Below are positions 1-9,979 of a stretch of DNA of 50,586 bases, one piece after another (within the stretch, counting starts at the first letter, position 1; each line of letters begins with the position of its first letter). The DNA comes from Hydrurus foetidus. Taxonomy: Eukaryota. The notes below the pieces were generated by a model. It did not search any database and was not told the DNA's origin. It saw nothing but the letters and a program-made list of their open reading frames with translations. Where the stretch lies: contig UYFQ01000309.1 of the NCBI GenBank assembly GCA_900617105.1, positions 1 through 50,586 on the forward strand, read 5' to 3'. The position numbers and the translations under genes are program-made.

Positions 1-909
1 TTTCTTGTCCAGCACTTGAATAGCAGTGGGAATCTTCATCAGAGCCAGCCTTTCTGCCTGTCCCTTCACAGCCACAATTCTCCTCTGCTCCTTCCGGTTT
101 TCCTTCCTGAGAGGCTCTCCAGTGACTGATACTGTCGCCGAAGGTCCGTTGCTCAATCTATCAAGTTAAAGTTTTAAATTTTGCCAGCTTTATCCCTGTA
201 AACTACTGTTTTTAGGGTGCGAAATGACATCAACGGACTTTGGAAAAACAAGCATATGTCAAATTAAAATTAAATTCGCCATGGGAAAAGGCATCTATGA
301 CATGATATAGGTGGTGAAGTGAGGAATACAATGACATGCATAAATAATACAATACCTCGCGTTGAGGGATTCAACGATTTGCGGAGACGCTGCGCCGTAG
401 GTAACAAACGTCTCCCACTCTGGAGGAAACCACGTATCCACGAAGGCGTGGCGTTTGTAGCCATTGACAGCCTTCGACTTCTTCTGTGCGATGTCTTCGT
501 AGGCCTCGTAAACTTCCTTCCGCACCGCAATTAAGACTTCTGCAAAGCTCTTGCCCGATGGAGGCAACCCTCCAGGTAATCTCTTCATTAGTAGAGGCGC
601 AAAGTCGTTCATAAGGATCAGGCGTATCTCCTTATATTTTCTCCATAACGTCGCGCCAGTATGTAAATCACTAGGATCAAGTTTTGCAACGTCAACAAAA
701 CAGTTCTTCGTTCTCATGAATCCATTTCTGTCGTAACCCAAGAAGGCAGGAGGAAGTAAAGTTGCCTTGACGGCCTCAGTGTACTCGGCGAGGATCTGCT
801 GCTCGATATTGATCATACCCTTCTCCTTTGATTGACTAACGGCGAGACCAGCGTCCGTTATCAGAAGGAATTGCTTCGACTTGACGTCATGGACGCCCAA
901 GTTATTCAT
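1..909 (-). CDS. Hypothetical protein, possible Myb/SANT-type accessory protein of a PIF/Harbinger element; 3'-partial, at least 2 exons (~909-356 and ~157-1)
   Basis: First ATG at 909; GTATTG donor near 355; a TAG acceptor near 158 continues the frame off the window edge. The pattern LWRKYKEIR...PPSGKS...Y...F..W..EW..F loosely resembles Harbinger accessory proteins (inference). Confidence 0.5.
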
Positions 910-1206
910 TGCTGAGATCACGGAAGGTTTTTGGCTGCTGCAATGCGGAGTTATGTGACTTAATGTGAAGTCGGGTTATAAACTGTATGGACTGTTGTAT
1001 AGGGAATTTGCATACAGTAGAAACCCGATTCTACTGTATGGGTTTTGTTTTTGAACTGGATACAACAGATTTTTTATACAAAGAATGTGTCATAAGGATG
1101 AATCGGCACAGTTTTTCCCCGAAAAAAACGTATTATACCCGCGTCAGAAGGAATGGCCTCAGTTAACGGGGAGATCATTACGCCGAATAGGACTGGAAGT
1201 TCAAGC

Positions 1207-1714
1207 TGTCAGTCCAGCATATTCATGCATGATCTGTTAGCATAGTTTCATCTGTAGATTAGCATTCACATGTCACAAGTAGTGTAGCGCTTCCTCACCC
1301 AAAACACCGCCATACACTGTTGTGTACATACGCTCATCGTTCTTCTAGCGATATCCCCCTTCGGGGCCATCACCAAGCATCCGGTTTTTCACCACCAAGC
1401 ATCCGGATTCCCACCAGGTATCCGGTTTCCACCAAGCATCCGATTTCATGAGCAGCGAGGGTTCCGCCCATTGCTCAATCGCCAACTTGAATATTCGCTG
1501 AATATGTTTCCACTTCGGCGATCACCATTTCATGCACAATGGATGCTTTGCTCTGCTTCTTTGATGGTTGTCTTCTCTGATATCATCGCCAGTTGTTTTA
1601 CTACTTGATCGTTGTAAGTAAACACGTCTTCCGAGACCACTTCCATCAGCCAGTCTTTCCTTTGCGCTTCCGCAGCCAACAGGTAGCTCGCTTCACTCCA
1701 CAGTCTGACTCACA
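1207..1714 (+). repeat. 5' LTR of copia-1
   Basis: TGTCAGTC...GACTCACA; direct repeat of 8551-9058; contains about 4 degenerate CACCAAGCATCCGG units at ~1371-1445. Confidence 0.97.
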
Positions 1715-1727
1715 TGGTAGCGATTGC
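1715..1727 (+). promoter_or_regulatory. Primer binding site of copia-1, probably initiator tRNA-Met
   Basis: TGGTAGCGATTGC immediately after the LTR. TGG complements the tRNA CCA end; TGGTAGC fits the initiator-type U72/A73 end (tRNA identity inferred). Confidence 0.75.
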
Positions 1728-3718
1728 ATAGAAAGTTCAGCAATCATCGATATAGTATCAATATATCAACGGTATCTCATCACAACAGATATCTCAAGTC
1801 GGCCATGATGCTACGATCGTCCGACAACACAGACCAAAACAACGAGGAATACCATGACCCAACTGGGCTAGAGACTCCCAGCCGCGCCCAGCTGCCGCGC
1901 ATGCTCTCCATGACCCTTGCAGAGTTCGATCAACGTGTCGCCGAGGCCATAAGAGCCCAAACTCAAAATTTGGTCACCAGCTCGACGGCAAATCGTCAAA
2001 ATCCTTCGACACCAAACCGACCTCGACGAGGCTCCCATGCAGAGGAAGCCACGCCACCGCGCCAAACTTTGGCAGAAGTTTCAGCACATGGGATATCATA
2101 TAATGCCGCTTTGGAATCCGTTTTGGAGCTAAAACGGCTAAAACTCGATCTCGTTCTGACGACCTCTTCAGAAATGGATAGCATCAAGCAAAACCAGATC
2201 ACCACAACGACTGTGGGATCTAACAAGCGCTTCAAAGCTCTCGACAACATGCTCCATGTCGTTGGACTCTACCCAATGGCGATGGGCACGCGTCGCGAGC
2301 CAATCCCAACGAGACTTAACCCATCAGGATACTCGGAGCCTACAACGTCGGAGAATTTGGACGGCACCTTCAATTATGTACCCGCCGACGATGTTACACG
2401 ATGGGCCCACGACAAGAAACGTCTCTACAACGTCATGTTGAACGCTTTCAGCGAGTCTACCCACTATCTATGTGCCGATTCCTTTACCTCTCGCGATGGG
2501 ATCGCTATTTATAAACGTATGCACAAGCACTACTACGGACATACTGAAGCAGACATCAACCGACTTCGGCGGCTTCTACAAAACTTCAAGGGCTCCACGG
2601 CTACTTGTTTTCAAGAGGATTTAGTGAGGTTTACAACGTTGATGACAGAATTCGAGTATGCCCAGGCCAGACCGAGCACCGAGCAGGAGCGCCTTCAATT
2701 CCTTCACAACGCCTTCATGAACGACCACCGCCCCAACACAAAATCATACTTTATGTCCTGCCATAGCAACATGCTCACCTATCACCAAACTTTGGAGAGA
2801 GCTGTTGTCTATTCGGAGTATGCCCTCCTACAAGACAAGCCGGTCAAGATAGCTGCATTGTCCACTACCCCTGAAGCCTGCCGCAAGTTCCTCGCTGGTA
2901 CCTGCCTTCTCGGTAACAAGTGCAAGTACTATCATGCTCCTGCTAAGCCACCGGCAGCGACACCTCCCTCTGGCAAAGCACATCCTCCTGCCCCACCTGG
3001 ATCCGCTCCAGTCACGGACAAGAACCGGATCAAAGCCAAGGGCAAGTACCCTCCCAAGCAGACCTTCCCAGTGACGAGTATTGATGGTCGCGTCCCTTAC
3101 CTCAAGAGCAACATTCCCATGAAGCTTCTTACCAACGGACCCAACATCAACCCTGAGGACGGATGGCAGAACAACACGCTTTTGGATAACGCCGAACCCT
3201 CCGGATATGTGCGCTTCTCCCTCAACATGTTCCGAGTCACCGACACTGACCCAGCACCTCCTCCGGATACACCGTCTAATCCTCCTCTCGAGTTAGCACT
3301 TCCGCCAGGACTCCCTCCATCAGGACACTCACCACTGCGATCTCCAACTCGTCCATCTTCTAATGCCGCCTCTCCCTTAATGCTCCGACCGTACGTACGT
3401 TCCGAACATACTCAACCAGCCTCTACCCCAGTAGTCCTGGGTACCCCCCGACTCCTGTCGCCCCAGAGAATGCTACAGCATGGGACACGCCGCGCCATCA
3501 GAACATATCTTCGCCAACATATGGGACCCCAATGCAAGAAGAAGTCGATGCCTTCACACGTACCTGGGCCTTCCTCACCAATGACGAAGTCACCTCCTCC
3601 ACTGTCTTCCAGGGTATCTGCCGACAATGCTCCACGTACATCCTTCAGTACTACACTGTGGTCCACCACCGCATTCATCAGCAGCCCCTCTCAGCAAATG
3701 ACTTCATCATCTATGTGA
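1724..3718 (+). CDS. gag: Copia-1 Gag (capsid-like region, CCCH zinc finger, Pro-rich linker); probable start at ATG ~1805
   Basis: Long ORF after the PBS; helical copia-gag-like core; C-x7-C-x5-C-x3-H at 2879-2935. The true frame probably switches to frame 1 at ~3377. Confidence 0.8.
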   Translation: MHRKFSNHRYSINISTVSHHNRYLKSAMMLRSSDNTDQNNEEYHDPTGLETPSRAQLPRMLSMTLAEFDQRVAEAIRAQTQNLVTSSTANRQNPSTPNRPRRGSHAEEATPPRQTLAEVSAHGISYNAALESVLELKRLKLDLVLTTSSEMDSIKQNQITTTTVGSNKRFKALDNMLHVVGLYPMAMGTRREPIPTRLNPSGYSEPTTSENLDGTFNYVPADDVTRWAHDKKRLYNVMLNAFSESTHYLCADSFTSRDGIAIYKRMHKHYYGHTEADINRLRRLLQNFKGSTATCFQEDLVRFTTLMTEFEYAQARPSTEQERLQFLHNAFMNDHRPNTKSYFMSCHSNMLTYHQTLERAVVYSEYALLQDKPVKIAALSTTPEACRKFLAGTCLLGNKCKYYHAPAKPPAATPPSGKAHPPAPPGSAPVTDKNRIKAKGKYPPKQTFPVTSIDGRVPYLKSNIPMKLLTNGPNINPEDGWQNNTLLDNAEPSGYVRFSLNMFRVTDTDPAPPPDTPSNPPLELALPPGLPPSGHSPLRSPTRPSSNAASPLMLRPYVRSEHTQPASTPVVLGTPRLLSPQRMLQHGTRRAIRTYLRQHMGPQCKKKSMPSHVPGPSSPMTKSPPPLSSRVSADNAPRTSFSTTLWSTTAFISSPSQQMTSSSM

Positions 3719-5472
3719 ACCGTCCCGCCTTGCCTGGATCCCCTACACCGGCGCCTCATATATACCTCGCTATTTTCGGCTGGGTATCCCCAACCACCCT
3801 CAGCAACTGCCGCGCTGATGTCAGAGACGGATACTCTCGGTATATGAACCTCATCCACAAGATTGCTCGCAACCTGCTGCTCGCCAACACTGAGCCGCCG
3901 ACTCCACCCAATCTTGAGTATGACCCAGGGCACTACCGCACCTTCAATCCAACCTTGATTGAAGACATCACCACCTATCAGTCCACAGTCGGGAACATTT
4001 TCTTTTACTTCCTCGTCCACACTGCTCTGTACCTCGACGACCAGATCAGTCCAGACCACATGGCCATATTTGAAAGTGTCCTCATCTACGACTGTGCCTC
4101 CTGGGTCGCAGCACAGCTTGCCCGATATGCCAATGCACCCGGCAACTCCTGGCACAACCTTCCCACACTTCGCATACTCATGCTCACGGAAGTTGATGCG
4201 CACGTTGACGGTCTTATGACACGAACTGGATCGAACGAGTCATTCATCCAAGCTATTCGAGTCGTAATCCAGCATGTCCTACCCGATGCATTTCATGTTT
4301 CACCCAACAGCCTCTTCGTCGGACCTGATCCTGTTGAACCCACCGAGTCACACTACCGCACAGTCTCTCTTGCCAGGGACCTCGCAGCATCTACAGCCCC
4401 ACAAAACATACGCCAAAGATACACTTTGCGGAACTATGAGAGCGATTCGGAATCCTCTGTCGAAGACTCCATCTGTTTCCTCCCGTACAACATGTCCTGT
4501 CCAACACATAACATCAGTGGCCCTCGATGCGCCCTCTCTTATGTCAACTACCTACATGGAGCCGTCACACGTCACATGGTCCCCCCATCAGACGCATCCC
4601 CATGGGTACCACCGGACGCATCCATGGAACTTCAGCGGTACAACGCCAGGAAGCGCGGCATCGCATTCCAGAAAGATCCGGCTCAAGGGGACACTAAGCG
4701 TCAAGACACTACCTCGTCCTCGTCCGCATCCTCTTCCGCCTCACCTTCTGCATCGATTCCCACTACGCTTCCGGAGTACAATACTCCGTTACCACCTGTT
4801 CCATCGACACCCTCTGACCCTCTTACCGGGTCACTCAAACGTTGGCAAGCCGCGCAACCACTTGCATCCGACTCGCCTTTCACTATGCCTCGTGCCCAGC
4901 GCCACCGAATGACTCCACCAGTCGGATCTCAACGCTCGACAAATGTCCGACATGCCTTCAACAGTACTCGCCCTCCGCTTGCATCAGCTCGCCCTCCTGC
5001 ACCATCCGGCGGTACCTCTGACTCAAAGCTCAACACATTCGTCGTCAAGTCCCAACATGAGAGACTCAACTCGTTCCACGTCCCCGACAAAGTCATCTTC
5101 GACTCTGGTGCTTCACGCTCTGGCACCGGCCGCTCCCAACGTCTTACCAGCATTGAACCTGTCAGCACATCCGTCACAGTCACCCCTGCATTCGGTCCGT
5201 CCATGACACCAACACACCAAGGCAGCCTCGGACCGTTGGAGCTTAGCACCCTCCTTCTCCCTGCACTAGGCGACAGCACCCTTGTCTCTGTCTCCCAGTT
5301 CTGCGCTGGCGGTGTCACCAACGACCACTTCATCGGCATCTTCACTCATAAAGACTTCCGCTTCTATGAGACTGCATCAGCCCTTCCCTACATTGCACTG
5401 GTAGCTCAGCATGGAAAGGAGGTCACCCGTGGAACCGTCCAAGACGGCCTCTACGTGGAGACTCCCTACTGA
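3364..5472 (+). CDS. Copia-1 ORF2: unknown domain, aspartic protease and GLY pre-integrase motif
   Basis: Frame 1 is open from 3364; VIFDSGAS protease motif at 5101-5109; ends GLYVETPY* at TGA 5470-5472. Confidence 0.8.
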   Translation, partial: CRLSLNAPTVRTFRTYSTSLYPSSPGYPPTPVAPENATAWDTPRHQNISSPTYGTPMQEEVDAFTRTWAFLTNDEVTSSTVFQGICRQCSTYILQYYTVVHHRIHQQPLSANDFIIYVNRPALPGSPTPAPHIYLAIFGWVSPTTLSNCRADVRDGYSRYMNLIHKIARNLLLANTEPPTPPNLEYDPGHYRTFNPTLIEDITTYQSTVGNIFFYFLVHTALYLDDQISPDHMAIFESVLIYDCASWVAAQLARYANAPGNSWHNLPTLRILMLTEVDAHVDGLMTRTGSNESFIQAIRVVIQHVLPDAFHVSPNSLFVGPDPVEPTESHYRTVSLARDLAASTAPQNIRQRYTLRNYESDSESSVEDSICFLPYNMSCPTHNISGPRCALSYVNYLHGAVTRHMVPPSDASPWVPPDASMELQRYNARKRGIAFQKDPAQGDTKRQDTTSSSSASSSASPSASIPTTLPEYNTPLPPVPSTPSDPLTGSLKRWQAAQPLASDSPFTMPRAQRHRMTPPVGSQRSTNVRHAFNSTRPPLASARPPAPSGGTSDSKLNTFVVKSQHERLNSFHVPDKVIFDSGASRSGTGRSQRLTSIEPVSTSVTVTPAFGPSMTPTHQGSLGPLELSTLLLPALGDSTLVSVSQFCAGGVTNDHFIGIFTHKDFRFYETASALPYIALVAQHGKEVTRGTVQDGLYVETPY

Positions 5473-8343
5473 CCAACCACTCGGGAGAGTCTTTTGGTCA
5501 CACACTATACTCCCGCTTCACTGTACGACCACGTGCATCAAGCCACAGGCCACCCCGGTCTTCCAGGCATGGCATGGCACCGCGATCATTCCCTCAATGC
5601 TCGCTTCACCACCAAAGATGCACACACCTCCCGTCCGGTCTGTCCTGGATGCGCCCATGGCGCAATGCGTCAAGCATCCACAGACTATCGTCGCATTCAC
5701 AGAGACACCACTACCCTCGTCGGCCAGCAGTTCTCCTTGGATGCCTATACCCACTCGACTCCATCATTCCGTAACTACCGTTACACTCACATCCTCACCG
5801 ACCTCGCGTCGGGACAATACTATCCTGTATATACAAAAGACCGGTCCGCCTCTGAACTCTGTGCCCGCATTGCAGCCTTCTTCGACCTAACCCCCCAATG
5901 GAACCACAATACCCCTGGGGTTGATCGCTTCATCCGGCATGACCCAGAGGCCAACTACCGATCTGAAGAATTTACTGCGCTTTGCGCCCGATACCGATAC
6001 CGACTTGAGCACACTGCACCTCGTGACAAACATGCCAACGGCATCGCTGAGCGAGCAGTCGGCATTGTAGCTCTCAAGACCAACGTTGCCATGATAACCC
6101 CTGTTCCGCATGTGCCAATGAAGTTCTGGGACCTTGCAATGTCCTATGCATGTGTTACTCATTCCTTTAACCTTAACAAGCGTATTGGTACTTCTCCGTA
6201 TCACTTCACTTCTGGGCAACACGTGGACATCAGGATGCTTCGACCATTCTGGGCACCCTGCTATGTCAAGCACGCACCCAAAGATCAGAAAAGTAAAGTT
6301 GGGTCACCTCGTGCCTACCGTGCTCGGTTCGTTGGTTATAGTTTTACATCTATACTAATACCACAATATTTAGTATTAGAAATACTACCCAAGAACACCT
6401 ACGGTACTGTTCGAGTCAGTAAGGATGTCATCTTCGACATGCACAACAACTTCAAGCATGACTCAGATGCACACTTCCCTACCGACGAGGCCTTCGCCCT
6501 CATCCCGTCCCTCTACTATACTGATAATGATAATGACCCTATTGTGGTGCCTGAGCGAGTCGACCTACCCGGCCTCCCCTCACCTGCACCCCTTATCGAA
6601 CCCGACTTTATAACCCCTGTACCTGAGACAGAGCACTCAGTCAACGATGACATGATATACTGGTCCACCTACACCAGTTCCTCCACATGCTTCCCTGTTC
6701 ACCTCTTTCAAGTCCTGCACTACAACATAGCAGTCCAAATCAAGGATCCCTACATCCCCAAAGACTTCTGGACCGCAATGCAGTACCCAGAGTGGGAACA
6801 GGCCATCAACACTGAACGCACAAAGTTTGAAGTCAACAACTGCTTCCGGTCTGTCCCCTTCACCGGCCAGCACCTCGTACCAATGATGTGGCTCTTCAGT
6901 ATCAAGACTGACGGCACTAAGAAGGCCCGCCTCGTCGGTCGTGGTGATCTCATGATACCCTGGGTCGACTTCGACCCCTACGCAGTATACTGCGGTAATG
7001 TCAATGCCTCATCGATCAAAATTGCACTCGTCATAGCCGCAACCTACAAATTATCCATGCGGGGAGGAGATTTAGTAGGCGCCTACTTAATCACACTCGC
7101 TAACCCCGACTTTCCCGTTCACATAAAGACACCTCAAGGTTACACCACACCTTTTGGCACATGCTTTCAAGCCATTGGCAACCTATACGGTTTTCCACCA
7201 GCTGGCCAGAATTTCTCAAAGGAATTCGACAAATGTGTACGCGAATGTGGATACGAAAACACACCGTGGGACTTAAAGTTCTTCTTTAAGTGGGTCCAAG
7301 GTCAACCCCTAATCCTGATAGCACACTCAGACGACTTCAGATGGTTCGGACCACTTGCACTCATTAGCGAATGGGATCTCCTCATCGCTACATTCAACTC
7401 CCACAAGTATGAAGTCACCGACGCGACCTCCAAAGAGTTCGTCGGCATCCGCATTACATGCGATGAACACTTCAACTACTACATGGATCAGTCACGCATG
7501 ATCACATCCATCGTATCGGAGGCCAACCTTGCTGGCGCCGCCGATGAGCATCTACCATATCCACCTTCTGGTGAGAGTCTGTCCAAGGCGGACAACTCTA
7601 CCGATCTCGATAGGCACATGTATAATAAGTATCCCTACCGACGGGTAGTTGGTCAACTTATGTACGGAATGGTACACACATTGATTACAATCATGTACGC
7701 GCTCAACATACTATCCAGATATAGTAACAGTCCAGGTGCACGACACATCAAGTTCCTTAAACACCTACTTCGATATGTCAAATACGCCAAGATGGATAGA
7801 CTGAAATTCACCACACACGACGGTCCCACCGACATCGCTACGATGACCAGTCTACTGCAGTTGAAGTTCCAATGCGACGCCGACCTCGCCGGTAACAAAG
7901 ACAACCGTCACTCCCAGACCTCCTACATTGGCTACCTCGCCGACAATGTCATCTGCTGGAAGAGTACCGACCAAGGCAGCATCTCATCATCAACCGCAGA
8001 ATCCGAAATCAAGGCAGTTAATCACGCACTAAAATCCGATGTCATTCCCCTCCGGGGCATACTAAACCACATGGGATGGACACAAGCTCCTACAGTCATC
8101 GAAGAAGACAATTCTGCTTGTGTTGATGCTTCAAATCATACACACATGACCAAGAACCTTCGTCACATTGACCTGAGCGAAAACTACTTTAAGGACAAAG
8201 TCGCCGATGGTACCTGTGTCATTGTTAAAATCCCTTCGGGCGAAAACAACTCAGACATAGGTACGAAAAGAGTTCCACTACCACTTTTCGAATACCTAAC
8301 GCACAGGCTCGTTGACAAGTCTTTACGAAATAATATTAAATAA
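5473..8343 (+). CDS. pol: Copia-1 integrase-reverse transcriptase-RNase H
   Basis: Integrase: HQATGH...CPGC, then SLDAY / RHDPE / IAERA (DDE). RT: KARLVGRG, LYGFPPAG, HSDD. RNase H: CDADLAG, STAESE, EDNSA, SDIGTK. Same frame as ORF2 across a single TGA. Confidence 0.95.
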   Translation, partial: PTTRESLLVTHYTPASLYDHVHQATGHPGLPGMAWHRDHSLNARFTTKDAHTSRPVCPGCAHGAMRQASTDYRRIHRDTTTLVGQQFSLDAYTHSTPSFRNYRYTHILTDLASGQYYPVYTKDRSASELCARIAAFFDLTPQWNHNTPGVDRFIRHDPEANYRSEEFTALCARYRYRLEHTAPRDKHANGIAERAVGIVALKTNVAMITPVPHVPMKFWDLAMSYACVTHSFNLNKRIGTSPYHFTSGQHVDIRMLRPFWAPCYVKHAPKDQKSKVGSPRAYRARFVGYSFTSILIPQYLVLEILPKNTYGTVRVSKDVIFDMHNNFKHDSDAHFPTDEAFALIPSLYYTDNDNDPIVVPERVDLPGLPSPAPLIEPDFITPVPETEHSVNDDMIYWSTYTSSSTCFPVHLFQVLHYNIAVQIKDPYIPKDFWTAMQYPEWEQAINTERTKFEVNNCFRSVPFTGQHLVPMMWLFSIKTDGTKKARLVGRGDLMIPWVDFDPYAVYCGNVNASSIKIALVIAATYKLSMRGGDLVGAYLITLANPDFPVHIKTPQGYTTPFGTCFQAIGNLYGFPPAGQNFSKEFDKCVRECGYENTPWDLKFFFKWVQGQPLILIAHSDDFRWFGPLALISEWDLLIATFNSHKYEVTDATSKEFVGIRITCDEHFNYYMDQSRMITSIVSEANLAGAADEHLPYPPSGESLSKADNSTDLDRHMYNKYPYRRVVGQLMYGMVHTLITIMYALNILSRYSNSPGARHIKFLKHLLRYVKYAKMDRLKFTTHDGPTDIATMTSLLQLKFQCDADLAGNKDNRHSQTSYIGYLADNVICWKSTDQGSISSSTAESEIKAVNHALKSDVIPLRGILNHMGWTQAPTVIEEDNSACVDASNHTHMTKNLRHIDLSENYFKDKVADGTCVIVKIPSGENNSDIGTKRVPLPLFEYLTHRLVDKSLRNNIK

Positions 8344-8550
8344 CATAAATACTTAATATCCATATTTCTAACATACGTAATAATTTTACTATCTTATATG
8401 AGTGCACGCATATATTATAACTAACTTTTTACACTTTTTGCCAAATCTCTCGTACGGGGAGTACATCCTCAGTACGGGGAGTATATATACACATATCATT
8501 CATTTCGATACTCTCAATAACACGTTCAGCTACATCTTCACTACGGGGAG

Positions 8551-9058
8551 TGTCAGTCCAGCATATTCATGCATGATCTGTTAGCATAGTTTCATCTGTA
8601 GATTAGCATTCACATGTCACAAGTAGTGTAGCGCTTCCTCACCCAAAACACCGCCATACACTGTTGTGTACATACGCTCATCGTTCTTCTAGCGATATCC
8701 CCCTTCGGGGCCATCACCAAGCATCCGGTTTTTCACCACCAAGCATCCGGATTCCCACCAGGTATCCGGTTTCCACCAAGCATCCGATTTCATGAGCAGC
8801 GAGGGTTCCGCCCATTGCTCAATCGCCAACTTGAATATTCGCTGAATATGTTTCCACTTCGGCGATCACCATTTCATGCACAATGGATGCTTTGCTCTGC
8901 TTCTTTGATGGTTGTCTTCTCTGATATCATCGCCAGTTGTTTTACTACTTGATCGTTGTAAGTAAACACGTCTTCCGAGACCACTTCCATCAGCCAGTCT
9001 TTCCTTTGCGCTTCCGCAGCCAACAGGTAGCTCGCTTCACTCCACAGTCTGACTCACA
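8551..9058 (+). repeat. 3' LTR of copia-1, preceded by PPT ACGGGGAG (8543-8550)
   Basis: Direct repeat of 1207-1714, followed by TSD CAAGC. Confidence 0.97.
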
Positions 9059-9979
9059 CAAGCAGTTCAAGCAGTTCTGCCGACCAAATACTATGCTGCT
9101 GTGGTTGCGGCGGAAATGCATCAAAAAGCTCTCACCGCTGTTCGAAAACTGAACGTAGAGCAATGGCCTACTGCTTAACAGGCGAAAAAGGATACGGTAC
9201 TTCAAGTTTCTGTCGTGGATGTGCTCTCAAATTTTTTTTTTGATTATTTTATATCATATTCGAAAATAACTTTCGTTATACAAATTTTCTTCAATAGTAA
9301 TATAACTTCTCATAAGCAAAATTTTCATCCAAAAATATATCTTGAAATCATGTGCATCACCTGTGAAGCAACCTCCGCACAACGTTCTTAGCTGACAAGA
9401 ATAAGCCGCTGGACGCTGCAAGCTTCCACTGTTAATATAATAAAAATTTAAGACACTTTTCATGTTCTTAATAGGACATCCGTGATAGAAAAGAAATCAA
9501 ATTGCCTAAGTATTCCAGTGGATCGATGCATATCCAAATAGCGAGTCCCAATATAGTAGCAACAGTATGTAGTCGATTAGGGGTTATTAGCACATGCAAT
9601 ATAAAAGTTTCTGAACATAGTGCTGAACTTTTTTTTACTTAAATCGATAGAAATACTCATTGGCTACAGATCGATAAAAAAAAATTATTTCGGCGTGACA
9701 GTCAGTCATACTGACCATACCCGGATAGCTATAACAGCCAATGCGTGAGCTTATGCCGCTGGACGCTGTGAGCTTCCACGGCCATTACAATTTAAAAAAA
9801 ATACTTTTAATGATCATGTATATTATTGCATCTCCGTGTCAAAATAGAAATTAATTTTGATCTTTCAGTCACGTGCATCGATGTAAATTGTGAATACCAT
9901 TAAACAGTATTGAGGACTCATATTTCTCATGATGTGGTCCTAAAGAAGATAAAGAAATAAAATTCGTTAATAAATTTAT

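Larger units (their letters stand above)
1207..9058 (+). mobile_element. Full-length young Ty1/copia LTR retrotransposon (copia-1)
   Basis: Two 508-bp TG...CA LTRs with no difference found by eye; TSD CAAGC at 1202-1206 and 9059-9063; PBS and PPT present; domain order gag-PR-IN-RT-RNaseH. Confidence 0.97.
1153..9243 (+). pseudogene. 77-aa Cys/His-rich zinc-finger-like ORF split by the copia insertion (1153-1206 + 9064-9243)
   Basis: Removing 1207-9063 (element plus one TSD) restores a continuous frame: MASVNGEIITPNRTGSSSSSSSADQILCCCGCGGNASKSSHRCSKTERRAMAYCLTGEKGYGTSSFCRGCALKFFF*. Confidence 0.6.

Noticed and set aside
3364..3400. Programmed -1 frameshift between copia-1 ORF1 and ORF2
   Set aside because: No canonical slippery heptamer was found in frame. 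Adding one C to TCTCCCTTAAT fuses the ORFs, so a homopolymer deletion or assembly error is at least as likely. Unresolved without reads.
9400..9890. Two diverged direct repeats starting GCCGCTGGACGCTG (~9405 and ~9755)
   Set aside because: Only two degenerate copies, with no coherent ORF or structure that I can support.
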